This document shows positions 39,576 through 51,536 of a DNA stretch of 64,000 nt, in pieces (within the stretch, counting starts at the first letter, position 1; every line of letters begins with the position of its first letter). The notes beneath the pieces were generated by a model, which saw nothing but the letters and a program-made list of their open reading frames with translations, was not told where the DNA came from and ran no database searches. Origin of the DNA: Malacoraja senta (lineage: Eukaryota); contig CM075996.1 of NCBI GenBank assembly GCA_038087875.1, forward strand, positions 8,806,001 to 8,870,000, in the 5' to 3' direction. Position numbers and translations under genes: made by a program.

Positions 39576-40987
39576 TGCTGCCGCACCTGCTGAGTTTCAC
39601 CAGCATTTTGTCTACCTTCTCATTAAAGTGTATCTGTGTACACTGCGGACAGCTCGATTGTAATCATGTATTGTCTTTCCGCTGACTGGCTAGCACGCAA
39701 CAAAAGCTTTTCACTGTACCTCGGTAAACGTGACAATAAACTAAACATGCTCATGCTTGAAGTGTGAGAACGCACACCTCCAGATTCAGGGACAACTTCT
39801 TCCCCAGCTGTTCTCAGGCAACTGCACCATCCTATATAGCACTGATGAAAGCAGTCCTGACCTACTATCCACCTCATTGGAGACCCTTGGACTATCTTTC
39901 ATCGGAATTTTACTGGATGTTGTCTTGCACTAAACATCCTGGATACTGTGGATAACTTGACTGTAATCATGTACAGGTCCACCACCGACTTTCCGGCTCC
40001 CTTGATAGACACCAAAAACCTGGAGTAACTCAACGGGATGGGCTGCATCTGAGAAGGAATGGTAGACATTTTGGAGAAGGAATGGGTGATGTTTTTTGGT
40101 CGAGACCCTTCTTCAGACTAGTTAGGGAAAAGGGGGGGGGGGTGTGGGGGGGGGAAATAAAATAAAATTGGCAGTGGACCTGTATAGTCTTTTCACTGAC
40201 CAGAGAGCACATGACATAAAAGCTTTGCACTGTACCTCGGTACATGTGCTGATAATAAACTACACTGGTTCAGTACAGGGAGATCGTGTCGGGCCTGTAC
40301 TGGGAGGTCAGTGGTCGCGGCCAGTCCGCACTGAGCTAGTATCCACAGCCGGTCAATAGCCATGGTCGGAAGAGTACTGGTAGACCCGTGATCACAGCTG
40401 GGCCACTGGAGTCCAAGAGTTAGCGTAGAGAGGCCCTTCATCCCACCGAGTCTGTGTTGGCCATCAATCCCCCTCGAACACTAATCCTACATACTAAACC
40501 CAGCACCGCCATTCAATGTGACCATGGCTGATCATCCATGGTGGATTTCTCCTTGGTGATCGTTCACCGACCCAAATTCACAGATCACCCACACGCGTGT
40601 GAAGTGGAGTGAAATCCGTTCCCACAGAATTTAGGTGAAAACAGGAAATAAATAAGAACATTCTTCTTTCAACTCAGTTTCCTGTCGCATGTGGAGATGC
40701 TGTCGTTTTGCAATGCAGAAAATCGCGCTGTAGACCATATTCTAGGAATGCAAATACCGCTGTATTATACGTGAATTTATGATTTAGTTTATTTTATTTT
40801 CAGGTGTACCGAGGTAGAGGGAAAAGCTTTTTTGTTGCGTGCTATCCAGTTAGCGGAAAGACAATACATGATTACAATCAAGCCGCACAGATACAGGATA
40901 AAGGGAATGACGTTTAGTGCAAGATAAAGTCCAGTAAAGTGCAATTAAAGACTGTCTGTCCAAAGAGGTACTGTAGATGGTGGGTTA

Positions 40988-41214
40988 ACGGCCTGTCCCA
41001 CTTTCACGACCTAATTCACGACCTCTGCCAAGTTTGCCCTTGACTCATACTCGCAGCATGGTCGTCACAAGGTCGTAGGTAGGTCATAGCAGGCCGTGAT
41101 GCTAGTCGTAGGTACTCGTGGCATCAAATAGGTCGGGGCGTTTTTTCAACATGATGAAAAATGTCCACGAGTAAAAAAGGTCGTGAATTAGGTCGTGAAA
41201 GTGGGACAGGGGCT
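40988..41214. mobile_element. PIF/Harbinger-type MITE (short relative of 17166-17729)
   Basis: TIRs ctgtcccactttcacgacctaattcacgacct and its reverse complement; TTA TSD. Confidence 0.88.
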
Positions 41215-41862
41215 TTAGGATCGCTGTCTGGTTGGTGATAGAATGGTTCAGTTGCTTGATAACAGCAGGGAAGACACCATCCCTGTACCTCTTGCCTGAG
41301 GAGAGAGGGGAGGTCCCGGGTGAGACTAATCCGTCATTATGCTGGTGGCCAAGGTCCAGTACAGACACCAGGCAACTGAATGGGGAATTAAACATCAGAT
41401 CTGCATATTTACACCAGCACAGAGGTGGATGGGAGTGCGGGCAGTGAGCAGGAAGCAGAGATGTCGTGGTGTGGTTGAGACGGGTTCTCTGGGGGGGGGG
41501 GGGGGGGGAAACAGAGGCATGGCAGAAGCTTGACGATAATGGACAATTGGAGACTCCCCACAGTGGCGGCAGGTGATTATCTGAATGGCACATGGTTCAG
41601 GGATGGAGGAGGGACGACACAACCAGGGCTTCCATGCGCCCTGGTCAATGCAAGCATGGAGCCACACCAGGCAGTCAAGCAGCAAACATGCAGTGCTGGC
41701 ATTCACAGCCAGACGATTCGAGTGCAGGAACAAGTATTTTGTGGGCCACTTTGCTGCCCTCATGCGAGGGTGGGGTGGGGAAGGGGGCAGCCACCTGCTG
41801 GTCTGGTCACGTTCCTGTGCCTCCGGATGTGGTCGAGTGAGCAGGAATCGAGCGCTGCTCAC

Positions 41863-41974
41863 CTCAGCATCTCCACGTCGCCGTAGCAGTACTTCATTCG
41901 GTAATCCCCGATGCGCCGACTGCTGTCCTGGCCTCCAATCAGCCCACACTGCTTGATCTTTGCAACGTCGAGGC
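41863..41974 (-). CDS. TAB1: TAB1 coding exon (exon 7 equivalent), 112 bp
   Basis: Encodes (G)LDVAKIKQCGLIGGQDSSRRIGDYRMKYCYGDVEML(S/R). Acceptor ctctctccag, donor gag|gtgagc; phase 1-2, consistent with the upstream exons. Confidence 0.95.
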
Positions 41975-42044
41975 CTGGAGAGAGAAAGAGCACAACATTC
42001 AGCATCAGGCGGCCGCTGACTGCAAGTGGCCCGGTTCTGCAACA

Positions 42045-43285
42045 CCGCTGACCGGTGGTTGAGTGACCAATGCAGGGATGGACATCACTGGCCAGTCGGT
42101 GACTCACCAGCCCTGGGGTCGGGCCATCGCTGACCCATTGGTGAGTGACCACCACTGGGACATCGCTGATCGGTCAGTGAGTCACGGCCACTGGGATAGA
42201 GCCATCGCACACCAGTCAGTGAGTGACCATCACTGGAGGACATCGCTGACCAGTCAGTGAGTGAGTGCCACTGGGATGGCAGTGACTGGCGGCCACTGGG
42301 ATAGAGCCATCAGTTTAGTTTCTTGGCAAGTGTACCGAGGTACAGCGAAGAGCTTTGTGTTGCGTGCGAACCAGTCAGCAGAAAGACAAGGCACGATTAC
42401 AATCAATCCATAGGCCAGAGACACTTTCTTGATTACAGTTTAATAACTGCGAAAAAATTAATACTTAAATTTTGGGGGAAAAACAGCAGCCCCCACAATT
42501 AAAATGTGGATTACCGAAATGACCGAGACCTTGCATTTGGAAAAAATAAGATTTGTCTTAATTGACAAACCAGAACAATTTTTTAAAATATGGTCTCCAT
42601 TTATTGAATTTAAAAAGAAGTAAACTGGTTTAACATAAAATTAAAGTCAAAACTTGAGTTTAGGGTTGGATGAACAACTGTACTCAACATCTCACGGATC
42701 TATCTCCACAATCTTTATATTTGTAATCTCCTTTCTTTCTTTCTATTAGTTTATAGTTTCTCTTATCTCTTTCTTTCTTTATTTCTTTTCTTTAAAAATT
42801 GAAGCTATGTAAGAACTCTGTAACCAATTTGTCGTTTATTACTATTTGTACATATGCTTTTAATATATATATTTTTTTTAAACCAAAAAACCCAATCCAT
42901 TTACAGTGTATGGATATGTGTGAAGGGAATAACATTTGGTGCAAGATAAAGCCGACAAAGTCCGGTCAAGGGTAACCCGAGGGACGTCAGAGGTAGATAG
43001 TAGTTCAGCACCGGAGTAGTTCGGCATCGCTGACTGGACAGTGAGTGACTGTCAATGGAAGAGGCCATCGCTGACCGCCACTGGGACAAAGACATCACTG
43101 ACCGATCGGTGAGTGACCGGCCCCGGGACAAGGCCATCGCTTACCAGTCAATGGGTGAAAAGCCCCAGGACAGGCTGCACGCTGACCGGTCATTGTGTGA
43201 CCATTACTGGGACACCAGTGAGTAACCACCATTAGGACAGGACCGTCACTGACCGCTGTGTGACCGGCCCCAAGGGACTAGTGAT
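42045..43285. repeat. Degenerate ~36-42-bp minisatellite split by nested retroelement insertions
   Basis: Units resembling catcgctgaccagtcagtgagtgaccaccactggga at 42045-42312 and 43025-43285. Confidence 0.8.
42412..42892 (+). mobile_element. L1-type LINE extreme 3' end
   Basis: KKLILKFW..PTIKMWITEM.ETLHLEKIR, similar to 20875-21040; A-rich tail; caatccat duplicated at 42404-42411 and 42893-42900. Confidence 0.85.
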
Positions 43286-44157
43286 TAGTTCTTCCTCTAA
43301 CCGCATCTGACTTGGGGAAGCGACCCTTAAATTCAGGTGTATAAAAACAATTAAAAATGTGTTCAATTTTAATCTGCAATCCATCTCGAATTTTCCACGA
43401 TGAGATAGCTGGTGCACTGACGCAGAGGCTATTAATGGGAATGTGATTGAAGTAGTTCTATTACAGGAGACGTCACCATTTCACAGGTCAGGGGCACAGT
43501 TTGCTGATCGTGCTGTTTAAACTCTGCTGAATCTACAGGATGTGCATTATAGAACGTGCCGCAATTGCCCTTCCATTCTTGCGCATGGGATTGTTTCAGG
43601 AAATAACCAAGTCTGCCGTGATATGGAAGTAAGGGTTAACACTTCGTTTTATTTGTTCGAACTTTAATCTGGACACTTGCAGGAACTTTTAGGGGTGGGG
43701 AGCACAGTGATGCAGCTGGTTAAGCTGCTGCTCCACAGTGCTAGAGACCTGGGTTCAATTCCAACCTTGGGCTTAGTTTAGAGATACAGCGTGGAAATAG
43801 GCCCTTCGGCCCACGCCGACCAGCGATCACCTGTTTGATCCTACACACGAGGGACAATTTACAGAGGCCAATTAACCTATAAACCTGTAAGTCTTTGGAG
43901 TGTGGGAGGAAACCAGAGCACCCAGAGAAAACCCATGTGGTCATAGGGAGAACGTACAAACTGTACAGACAGCAGCCGTAGTCGGAATTGAACCCGGGCA
44001 TTGTAAGAACTCCATGACCTGGGTGGGTTTTCGCTGGGATCTCCGGTTTCCTCCCAGACATACAGATTTGTAGGTTAATTTGTTTGTTATTATTGTACAT
44101 TGTTCCTAGTGGGTGTAGGATTGTGTTAGTGACTACTTTCATTTACAGGACCTTGCT

Positions 44158-44518
44158 GTGTCCCAAACATTATGGTGCCCTGAAATGGGGGGGGGGACTA
44201 TGTATAAACACTGGTGTAATTTCTACATGGTGAAACCAAAATGTATAAAAATGGCCTTTATTAAAATCTGACTTTAACCACATGTTTAAGAAAGAACTGC
44301 AGATGCTGGAAAAATCGAAGGTAGACAAAAATGCTGGAGAAACTCAGTGGGCGAGGCAGCATTTATGGAGCAAAGGAATAGGTGACGTTTCGGGTCGAGA
44401 CCTTTCTTCAGACTGATTTTCACATGTGATTTTTTTCTATTACAAATCTCAAATTGTGGAGTACAGAGGCAAATAAATAAATGATGGGTCTTTGTCCCAA
44501 ACATTATGGAGGGCACTG
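44158..44518. mobile_element. Tc1-like (IR/DR) transposon end with a nested Penelope pLTR fragment
   Basis: Direct repeat tgtcccaaacattatgg at ~44159 and ~44493; terminus ..gggcactg|ta; insert at ~44286-44420 flanked by cacatgt. Confidence 0.7.
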
Positions 44519-44758
44519 TATATGGCTCGTGTTTATACAATAAGATTTGGCTGCAAGGGAAATTCATTCCCACAGCAGCCAGCTGTCAAACTCAAGAAGC
44601 TGCTAATGCAGAGAATTGGCACTGCAGGAAGTGTGCACGCCAAGGAGTGAGTCAGGCACGTGTCTCTTCACTGTGCTGGCTTTAACAAGGTTCTGTTTAC
44701 TGGCCTTCAACAGAAGAACTCGAACAGAGAGAATTTGCACACCCACTAACTTTTGTGA

Positions 44759-45079
44759 AGGGCCTGTCCCATTTACGCAATTTTTTTTCGGCGACTTGCC
44801 GGCACCCGTCATAGTCGCAGCAGGTCGCCGAAATTTTTCAAAATGTTGAAAATCCAGCGGCAACCAGAAAAAGGTACGACTCTTTGGGAGACTACTCACG
44901 ACCAAACAGCCGTCACGTGGCGACATCGCGGGGTGACGCCTGTTTGGTCTGAGTACTCGCCCAAAGAGTTGTACCTTTTTCTGGATTTTCAACATTTTGA
45001 ACATTTTCGGTGACCTGCAGCGACCATGACGGGTGCAGGCAAGTCACCGAGAAAAAGTCTCGTAAGTGGGACAGGCCCT
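44759..45079. mobile_element. PIF/Harbinger-type MITE, almost wholly palindromic
   Basis: TIRs agggcctgtccca / tgggacaggccct; TGA TSD; complementarity extends over most of both halves. Confidence 0.88.
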
Positions 45080-45749
45080 TGAAGCTTCCAAATACTGCAC
45101 GTTCAACAGAACTGCTGCCCCTTAAATTACAGCAGCAACTAAGTTCAGGGGTAAAAAGTCGGCTTAGAAGGTAAAAAGCAGAATCGGTTAGATCTTTGGG
45201 ATGCTTGTCCCAATTTCAAACCCGCTCATAAATAGACTGTTATAGAGTCATACAGTGTGGAAACAGGCCCTTCAGCACAACTTGCCCACACTGACCCATC
45301 TACACCAGTTCAACTTGCCTGCATTTGGCCCATATCCCTCTAAACCTGTCCTATCGATGTACCTGTCGAATTGCATCTTAAATGTTGCAATAGTGCCTGC
45401 CTCAACTACCTCCTCCAGCAGCTCGTTCCATACACCCACGTTACCCCTCATAATCCTATAAAAATCTTTCCCCCTTCACCTTAAACCTATGTCCTCTGGT
45501 TCTCGATTCCTCCACTCTGGGCAAGAGACTCTATGCGTCCACCCGATCTATTTATCTCATGATTTTGTAACCTCGATCAGATCCCCCTTCATCTTCCTCC
45601 TGGCACTCCAGGGAATAGAGGTCCCAGCCTGCTCAACCTCTCCCTGTAGCTCATACCCTCGAGTACTGGCAACATCCTTGTGAAAACTTGAGACCCGAGC
45701 TTCCACCAGCCTGGTGACTGGAAGTGTCCTGAACATCAGGGTGACCTAC

Positions 45750-45866
45750 CGAGCTGAGACAGCCGGAAGAGCTCGTCCTCGTTGTCTGTCGTGTGATCGA
45801 CGCTGACTTGCGTCACCTGCAGCTGTCCGTCGGCTGTGGACTTGCACAGCAGGGCTCGGCTGGTGC
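45750..45866 (-). CDS. TAB1: TAB1 coding exon (exon 6 equivalent), 117 bp
   Basis: Encodes (G)TSRALLCKSTADGQLQVTQVSVDHTTDNEDELFRLSQL(G). Acceptor ctgtttgcag, donor tcg|gtaggt; phase 1-1. Confidence 0.96.
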
Positions 45867-46798
45867 CTGCAAACAGGAGCAAGAGCCCAGTTAACACGCT
45901 GAACATCGCACCTCTCAACACTGCGTGGGAGGGGTGGCGATGGAGGGAACCAGTGGCTGTCACGCAAGGCACTGGGTAAATGCAGAGGGCACGGAGATGT
46001 AATCGCAGAGTTGAGTCAGCGCCTCCACTCTCTCAGAAGCTTAAAGAGGCCCAGCAAGCCACAGAATAGTCACACGTACAGATGCACTGTAGAAAGTATC
46101 CCAGACAATCCCTTATCCTGTACAGCAATTCCAATGGACAGCGACGCAAGAGGCTGCAGAGGGTTGTGGACTCAGCCCTCCCCTCCATCCAAAGCATCTG
46201 CAAGGGGCTGCCTCAAAAAGGTGGCATCCATGTAAGGCCTTCCACCATCCTGGCCGTGCCCTCTTCTCAATGCTACCCCACCAGGGACAGAGCCCGAAGT
46301 TTGACACCACCAGTTTCAAGAATAGCTAGTTTCATATAACCACTGAATGCTTAAACTGACCCTAATCCTACCTCAGCAACAGTCCATCTCTTGCACCACT
46401 GTGGACTTGTTTTCTAATTATGTTTTGCACAAATGTCTTGTCGTATTTTTGCAATCTTTTTCCCGGCCCCATAGTAGAAGCGTCCACGTCACGGGGCTGG
46501 AAACTGGAAGTATCCAGAGCTAATTCTGCCACCACCATCATCTATTGCAACAAGTGATGGCTCCCACTGATTGTCGCCAGAAGCTTTACAGGACGGACGA
46601 TGACAGCCATGTCAACATTTGAAACATGGAAGATGGACGGTCTTGTATAAATGATACAAAGTGTAGTTAGTGTGTTGTCTGATTTGTGTGCCTATAATTG
46701 TGCTGCACAATTTATACCATTATCTCACTGTACTTCTGCACGTCACAATAAATCCTGGACGTGACTTGAGGGGTGTTCTCATGTTGATGGGTGTAGGG

Positions 46799-47614
46799 CA
46801 GGGGTCGGCAACCTTGTTCTGCTTAGGGGGCCAGGAATCATGTCTGTGAGCGGATGGCGGGCCACATCTATCACGTGTACACATGGATCCCGCCCCATCC
46901 CACCCCGGATGGCAGGTATCAAATCACGTGTTCACAGAAGGTAGACAAAAATGCTGGAGGAACTCAGCAGGCGAGGCAGCCTCATGCAATCCTTGCATGT
47001 CTCACCCGCTGCGTTTCTCCAGCATTTCTGTCTACCTTCGATTTTTCCAGCATCTGCAGTTAATAGACAATATACAATATGTGCAGGAGTAGGCCATTTG
47101 GCCCTTTGAGCCAGCACCGCCATTGAATGTGATCATGGCTGATCATCCTCAATCAGTACCCCGTTCCTGCCTTCTCCCCATATCCCCTGACTCCGCTATT
47201 TTTAAGAGCCCTATCTAGCTCTCTCTTGAAAGCATCCAGAGAACCTGCCTCCACCGCCCTCTGATGCAGAGAATTCCACAGACTCACCACTCTCTGTGAG
47301 AAAAAGTGTTTCCTCGTCTCCGTTCTAAATGGTTTACTCCTTATTCTTAAACTGTGGCCCCTAGTTCTGGACTCCCCCAACATCGGGAACATGTTTCCTG
47401 CCTCTAGTGTGTCCAAGCCCTTAACAATCTTCTTCTTTCCTCTTTCTTAAACGTGTTCACAGAAGGTGTGCGGCCATGCCGGCGGCTTTGCGCAGGATGC
47501 GGCACAGCCAGAACTCGGCGCTTGGCGGGCTGGGTGATTACGGGAAAAAATATCCGCCTGCGGGCCGGGTAATGGGCCGCATTCGGCCCGGGGGCCTTAG
47601 GTTGCCGACCCTTG
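46799..47614. mobile_element. hAT (Charlie/Buster) MITE with nested Penelope and CR1 insertions
   Basis: TIRs caggggtcggcaacct / aggttgccgacccttg; TSD gtgtaggg / gtgtacgg; inner 17-bp duplication acgtgttcacagaaggt at 46926-46942 and 47451-47467. Confidence 0.88.
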
Positions 47615-48637
47615 GTGTACGGGAAGGAGGGGAGAATGTTCGGCAAATGTAATGCAGCACTAACAAATGCCAGGTGGACACAGAATGCTGGAGTAACTCC
47701 GCGACCCTTCACCCTTGAGGAATAGGCGAACGTCGCCTATTCCTTCTCTCCAGAGATGCTGCCTCACCCGCTGAGTTACTCCAGCATTCTGCGTCTACCT
47801 TCGATTTATACCAGCATCTGCTGTTCTTTCTTACACACTAACAAATGCCAACTGTACTCAATCTGAAGAGGTCAAAACGTCTGTACAGGTTAAACAAAGA
47901 ACTGCAGATACTGGTTTATACCAAAGATCGACACAGAGGGCTGGAGTTTTACTCAGTGTTAGGCAGCATCTCTGGAGAAAAATGAGAGGTGACGTTTCGG
48001 GTCCAAAACGTCATCTGTCCATGTTCACCAGAGATGCTACCTGATGCTGCTGCTCGGACCCCGCTGAGTTACCCCAGCACTTTGTGTCTACCTCTATTCA
48101 GGAGTTATTGGCGATCTGCTGGAGGAACTCTGTACGTGGAGCAGCATATGGTGGGGCAAAAGGAATGGTCGACGTTTTGGGTCGAAGCCCCCCGTCGGGA
48201 CTGAGAGCGGAGGGAAGAGATTTGCCAGTTTGTAGAGAGGGGGAGTGAAGAGACGGGACCAGGAATGACGGGTGCACAGAAGAGCGGTGAAGGAGAATGG
48301 GCAGGTGGAACCGGGTTGAGGAGGGGATGTCAACAACTCCTGTACATTGAATTTACCTCGTAGAAACTAAAAGCCGGAGTAACTCAGCGGGACAGGCAGC
48401 ATCTCCGGAGAGAAAGAATGGGTGACCTCCCATGCCGATCAGATTTGAGCACTGGTAGGCTTTGTTTCTGCTTAGCCCCTCCAGCATCACCCTCCCCCTC
48501 ACCTCCCCACATCAGCACCTCTTTAATGTCCACCTCCATCTATTACCCACCTTCTCAGATCCCCATCTCCACCCCACCCCTTCCCTCCACACCTCCTTGG
48601 TCCACTCAGCATTTCTGCCTGTCTCACCACTTAATGT

Positions 48638-49465
48638 TAGACAATAGACAATAGGTGCAGGAGTTGGCCATTCGGCCCTTCGAACCTGCTCCATTCAATG
48701 TGATCATCCAAAATCAGTCCTCTGTTCCTGCCTTCTCCCCATATCCCCTGACTCCGCTATCTTTAATAGCCCTATCTAGCTCTCTCTTGAAAGTATCCAG
48801 AGAACCGGCCTCCACCGCCCTCTGAGGCAGAGAATTCCTCAGATTCACAACTCTGTGAGAAAAAGTGTTTCCTCGTCTCCGTTCTGAATGGCTTACCCCT
48901 TATTCTTAAACTGTGGCCCCTGGTTCTGGATTCCCCCAACATCAGTAACACGTTTCCTGCCTCTAGCGTGTCCAAACCCTTAACAATCTTATATGTTTCA
49001 ATAAGATTCCCTCTCATCCTTCTAAACTCCAGAGTGTACAAGCCCAGCTGCTCCATTCTCTCAGCATATGACAGTCCCGCCATCCCGGGAATTAACCTTG
49101 TGAACCTACGCGGCACTCCCTCAATAGCAAGAATGCCCTTCCTCAAATTAGGGGACCGAAACTGCACACAATAATCCAGGTGTGGTCTCACTAGGGCTCT
49201 GTACAACTGCAGAAGGACCTCTTTGCTCCTATACCCGACTCCTCTTGTTATTAAGGCCAACATGCCATTCACTTTCTTCACTGCCTGCTGTACCTGCACG
49301 CTTACTTTCATAGACTGATGAACAAGGACCCCCAGATCCCGTTGTACTTCCTTTTCCCAACTTGACGCCATTTAGATAGTAATCTGCCTTCCTGTTTTTG
49401 ATAATGCATCTGCCCACTCCCCCAACCTGTCCAAGTCACCCTGCATGCTGCATTCTCATAGCATC
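48638..49465 (-). mobile_element. CR1 LINE 3' fragment
   Basis: QRDLGVLVHQS..LYRALVRPHLDYCVQF..RGNLIETYKI; (tagacaa)n tail. Confidence 0.9.
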
Positions 49466-49796
49466 ATGTTCTTATAATACTGGCCAGTTTGTCTCCCCCT
49501 CCCCTATATACTGCCCATCTCCCCCTCCCCTTCTCAGTGGTTGGTCTTTGGAGCTTCAACTCAAAACTTTGACCATTCCTCCCCCCCCGCCGTTCCCTGC
49601 CCCATTTCCCCCATAGATGCTGCTCGGCCCGCCGAGTTCCCCTGGCAGTTAGTTTGCTCCAGGTTCTGACACAGCCTCTTGCTGTCACCACCTCTGCACA
49701 AGTCCTTCTACAGATGCAAAACAAGCCGAGTTACACTCTCATCATTGGTCTGACAGACAAGACCACTCCTGCAGGTAAGAGGAGGAGTTGCCTACG

Positions 49797-50109
49797 AGTT
49801 TAGTTTAGTTTAGAGATACAGCGTGGAAACACACCCGTCGGCCCACCGAGTCCACACAGACCAGCGATCCCCGTACATTAAAACTACCCTACACACACAC
49901 ACAGGATAATTTTACATTTTATACCAAGCCAAGTAACCAAGAAACCTGTACGTCTTTGGAGTGTGAGAGGAAACCGAAGGTCTCGGAGAAAACCCACGCA
50001 AGGTCACGGGGAGAACATACAAACTCCGTACAGGCAAGAACCTGTAGTCAGTATAGAACCTGGGTCTCTGGCGCTGGAAGGCAGTTGCTCTACCGCTACG
50101 CCACCGTGC
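49797..50109 (-). mobile_element. V-SINE/HE1-type SINE
   Basis: (agttt)n tail and tRNA-like head ggcacggtggcgtagcggtagag on the minus strand. Confidence 0.8.
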
Positions 50110-50517
50110 CTTGAGCTTCTCTATTGCTCGCCCCAGGGAAGCAGGATCATGTTTACCTTTGGGAGATAGTGACGGTCTAACAGACAGCGAGGGAAGCTCT
50201 GTCAAAGAGTGACTTGCGAGATGAACAATGCTAGGCGTACAAGACAGATAACTGCAGGCTCTGCAGGAAGGAACTGCAGATGCTGGTTTATACTGAAGAT
50301 AAGACACAAAATGCTGGTGTAACAGCATCTCTGGGGAAACGGAATAGTTGACATTTCAGGTCAGAAGGCTGAAGAAGGGTCCAGACCCGAAAGGTCACCT
50401 ATTCCTTCTCTCCGGAGATGTTGCCGGACCCGCTGAGTTACTCCAGCATTTTGCGCCTGTCTTCAGATAACTGTGGCCTTGCACAACAGCCATTCAAGGG
50501 CGTGGATGAGAGAGTAC

Positions 50518-50656
50518 CTATGTTGGCAATGTAGAGCTTGTTGTTGAGAATGAGCGCCACAATGGCGGTCGTTCCTCCCGCAATCTCCTGCTCGATTTTA
50601 TGGAGTTTTTCCAGGAGTTTCTGATACTGCTGTGGAAGCTGGGAGTGAGGAATACC
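50518..50656 (-). CDS. TAB1: TAB1 coding exon (exon 5 equivalent), 139 bp
   Basis: Encodes GIPHSQLPQQYQKLLEKLHKIEQEIAGGTTAIVALILNNKLYIANI(G). Acceptor tttgcctcgcag, donor tag|gtactc; phase 0-1. Confidence 0.96.
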
Positions 50657-51103
50657 CTGCGAGGCAAAGACAAAACACAAATTAAAAATAGGGGAGAGAG
50701 GTGGGAAGTGAGGGGAAAATGAGGAGGGAGCGACATGGAGATGCCGACACAGCGGGTTGACCGGACGGAGTCGACGGCTGCATCGGGAAACAAAAGCTTT
50801 TCACTGTACCTTGGTACATTTGACAATAAACTCAACTGGTGAACTGAAAAATGGCACCACAATGGGCTGTTCTGTACATTGGGATAGTCTTGCTGAGCTG
50901 GATGCATTAAAATTATTTCACTATACCTTGGTAAACATGATAATAAAGAAACCATTGAGGTGGGTGATGGGGAGTCAAGTCAGAGAGGGGATAGGAGTTC
51001 AAGAGTTGCAGCAATGCCAGCGTTAAAGGAACGAGGCAGAAATGGTATTAATATTTGAGAAAAGGGTAGAGCATTGGGTGAATGAAAGGGAGGTGCAGAT
51101 TTA

Positions 51104-51536
51104 AGGGCCTGTCCACTTGGCTGTCATTTGCGCCTCATTTACGCGTTATATGTAAATTAGGTCGACGCAATATGACGCGTGGGGTGCGCATGCGTTGCGC
51201 ATGGTAAGGCCTGGAATCGTATGCGGAGGCGCGCGGTATCGTGCGGTGCTCCAGGATTTAGTACAGGAACGAAATCCTCGTGTGCCACCTGCGTGACGTA
51301 TCGCTGACGCATTGGTGTCGTATGCTGGCGTCCCGATGTCTCACGTGTATCACGTGGCGACGCACGGTTACGTCACCGTGTGTCAACTTCCTTGCGTCAG
51401 CATCCTGCCGCACGCCGCAGGGTATTCTAATGACGTAAAGCGCACGCTGACGCATGATTTGCGCGCGACGTCGCGTCGACCTATTTTACATGACGCGTAA
51501 ACGAGGCGCAAATGACGGCCAAGTGGGACAAGCCCT
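51104..51536. mobile_element. PIF/Harbinger-type MITE, CpG-rich
   Basis: TIRs agggcctgtcc(-)acttggctgtcatttgcgcctc / gaggcgcaaatgacggccaagtgggacaagccct; TTA TSD. Confidence 0.87.

Noticed and set aside
41395..42045. 216-aa minus-strand ORF overlapping TAB1 exon 7
   Set aside because: Alternative frame of a GC-rich exon and intron with no recognisable domain.
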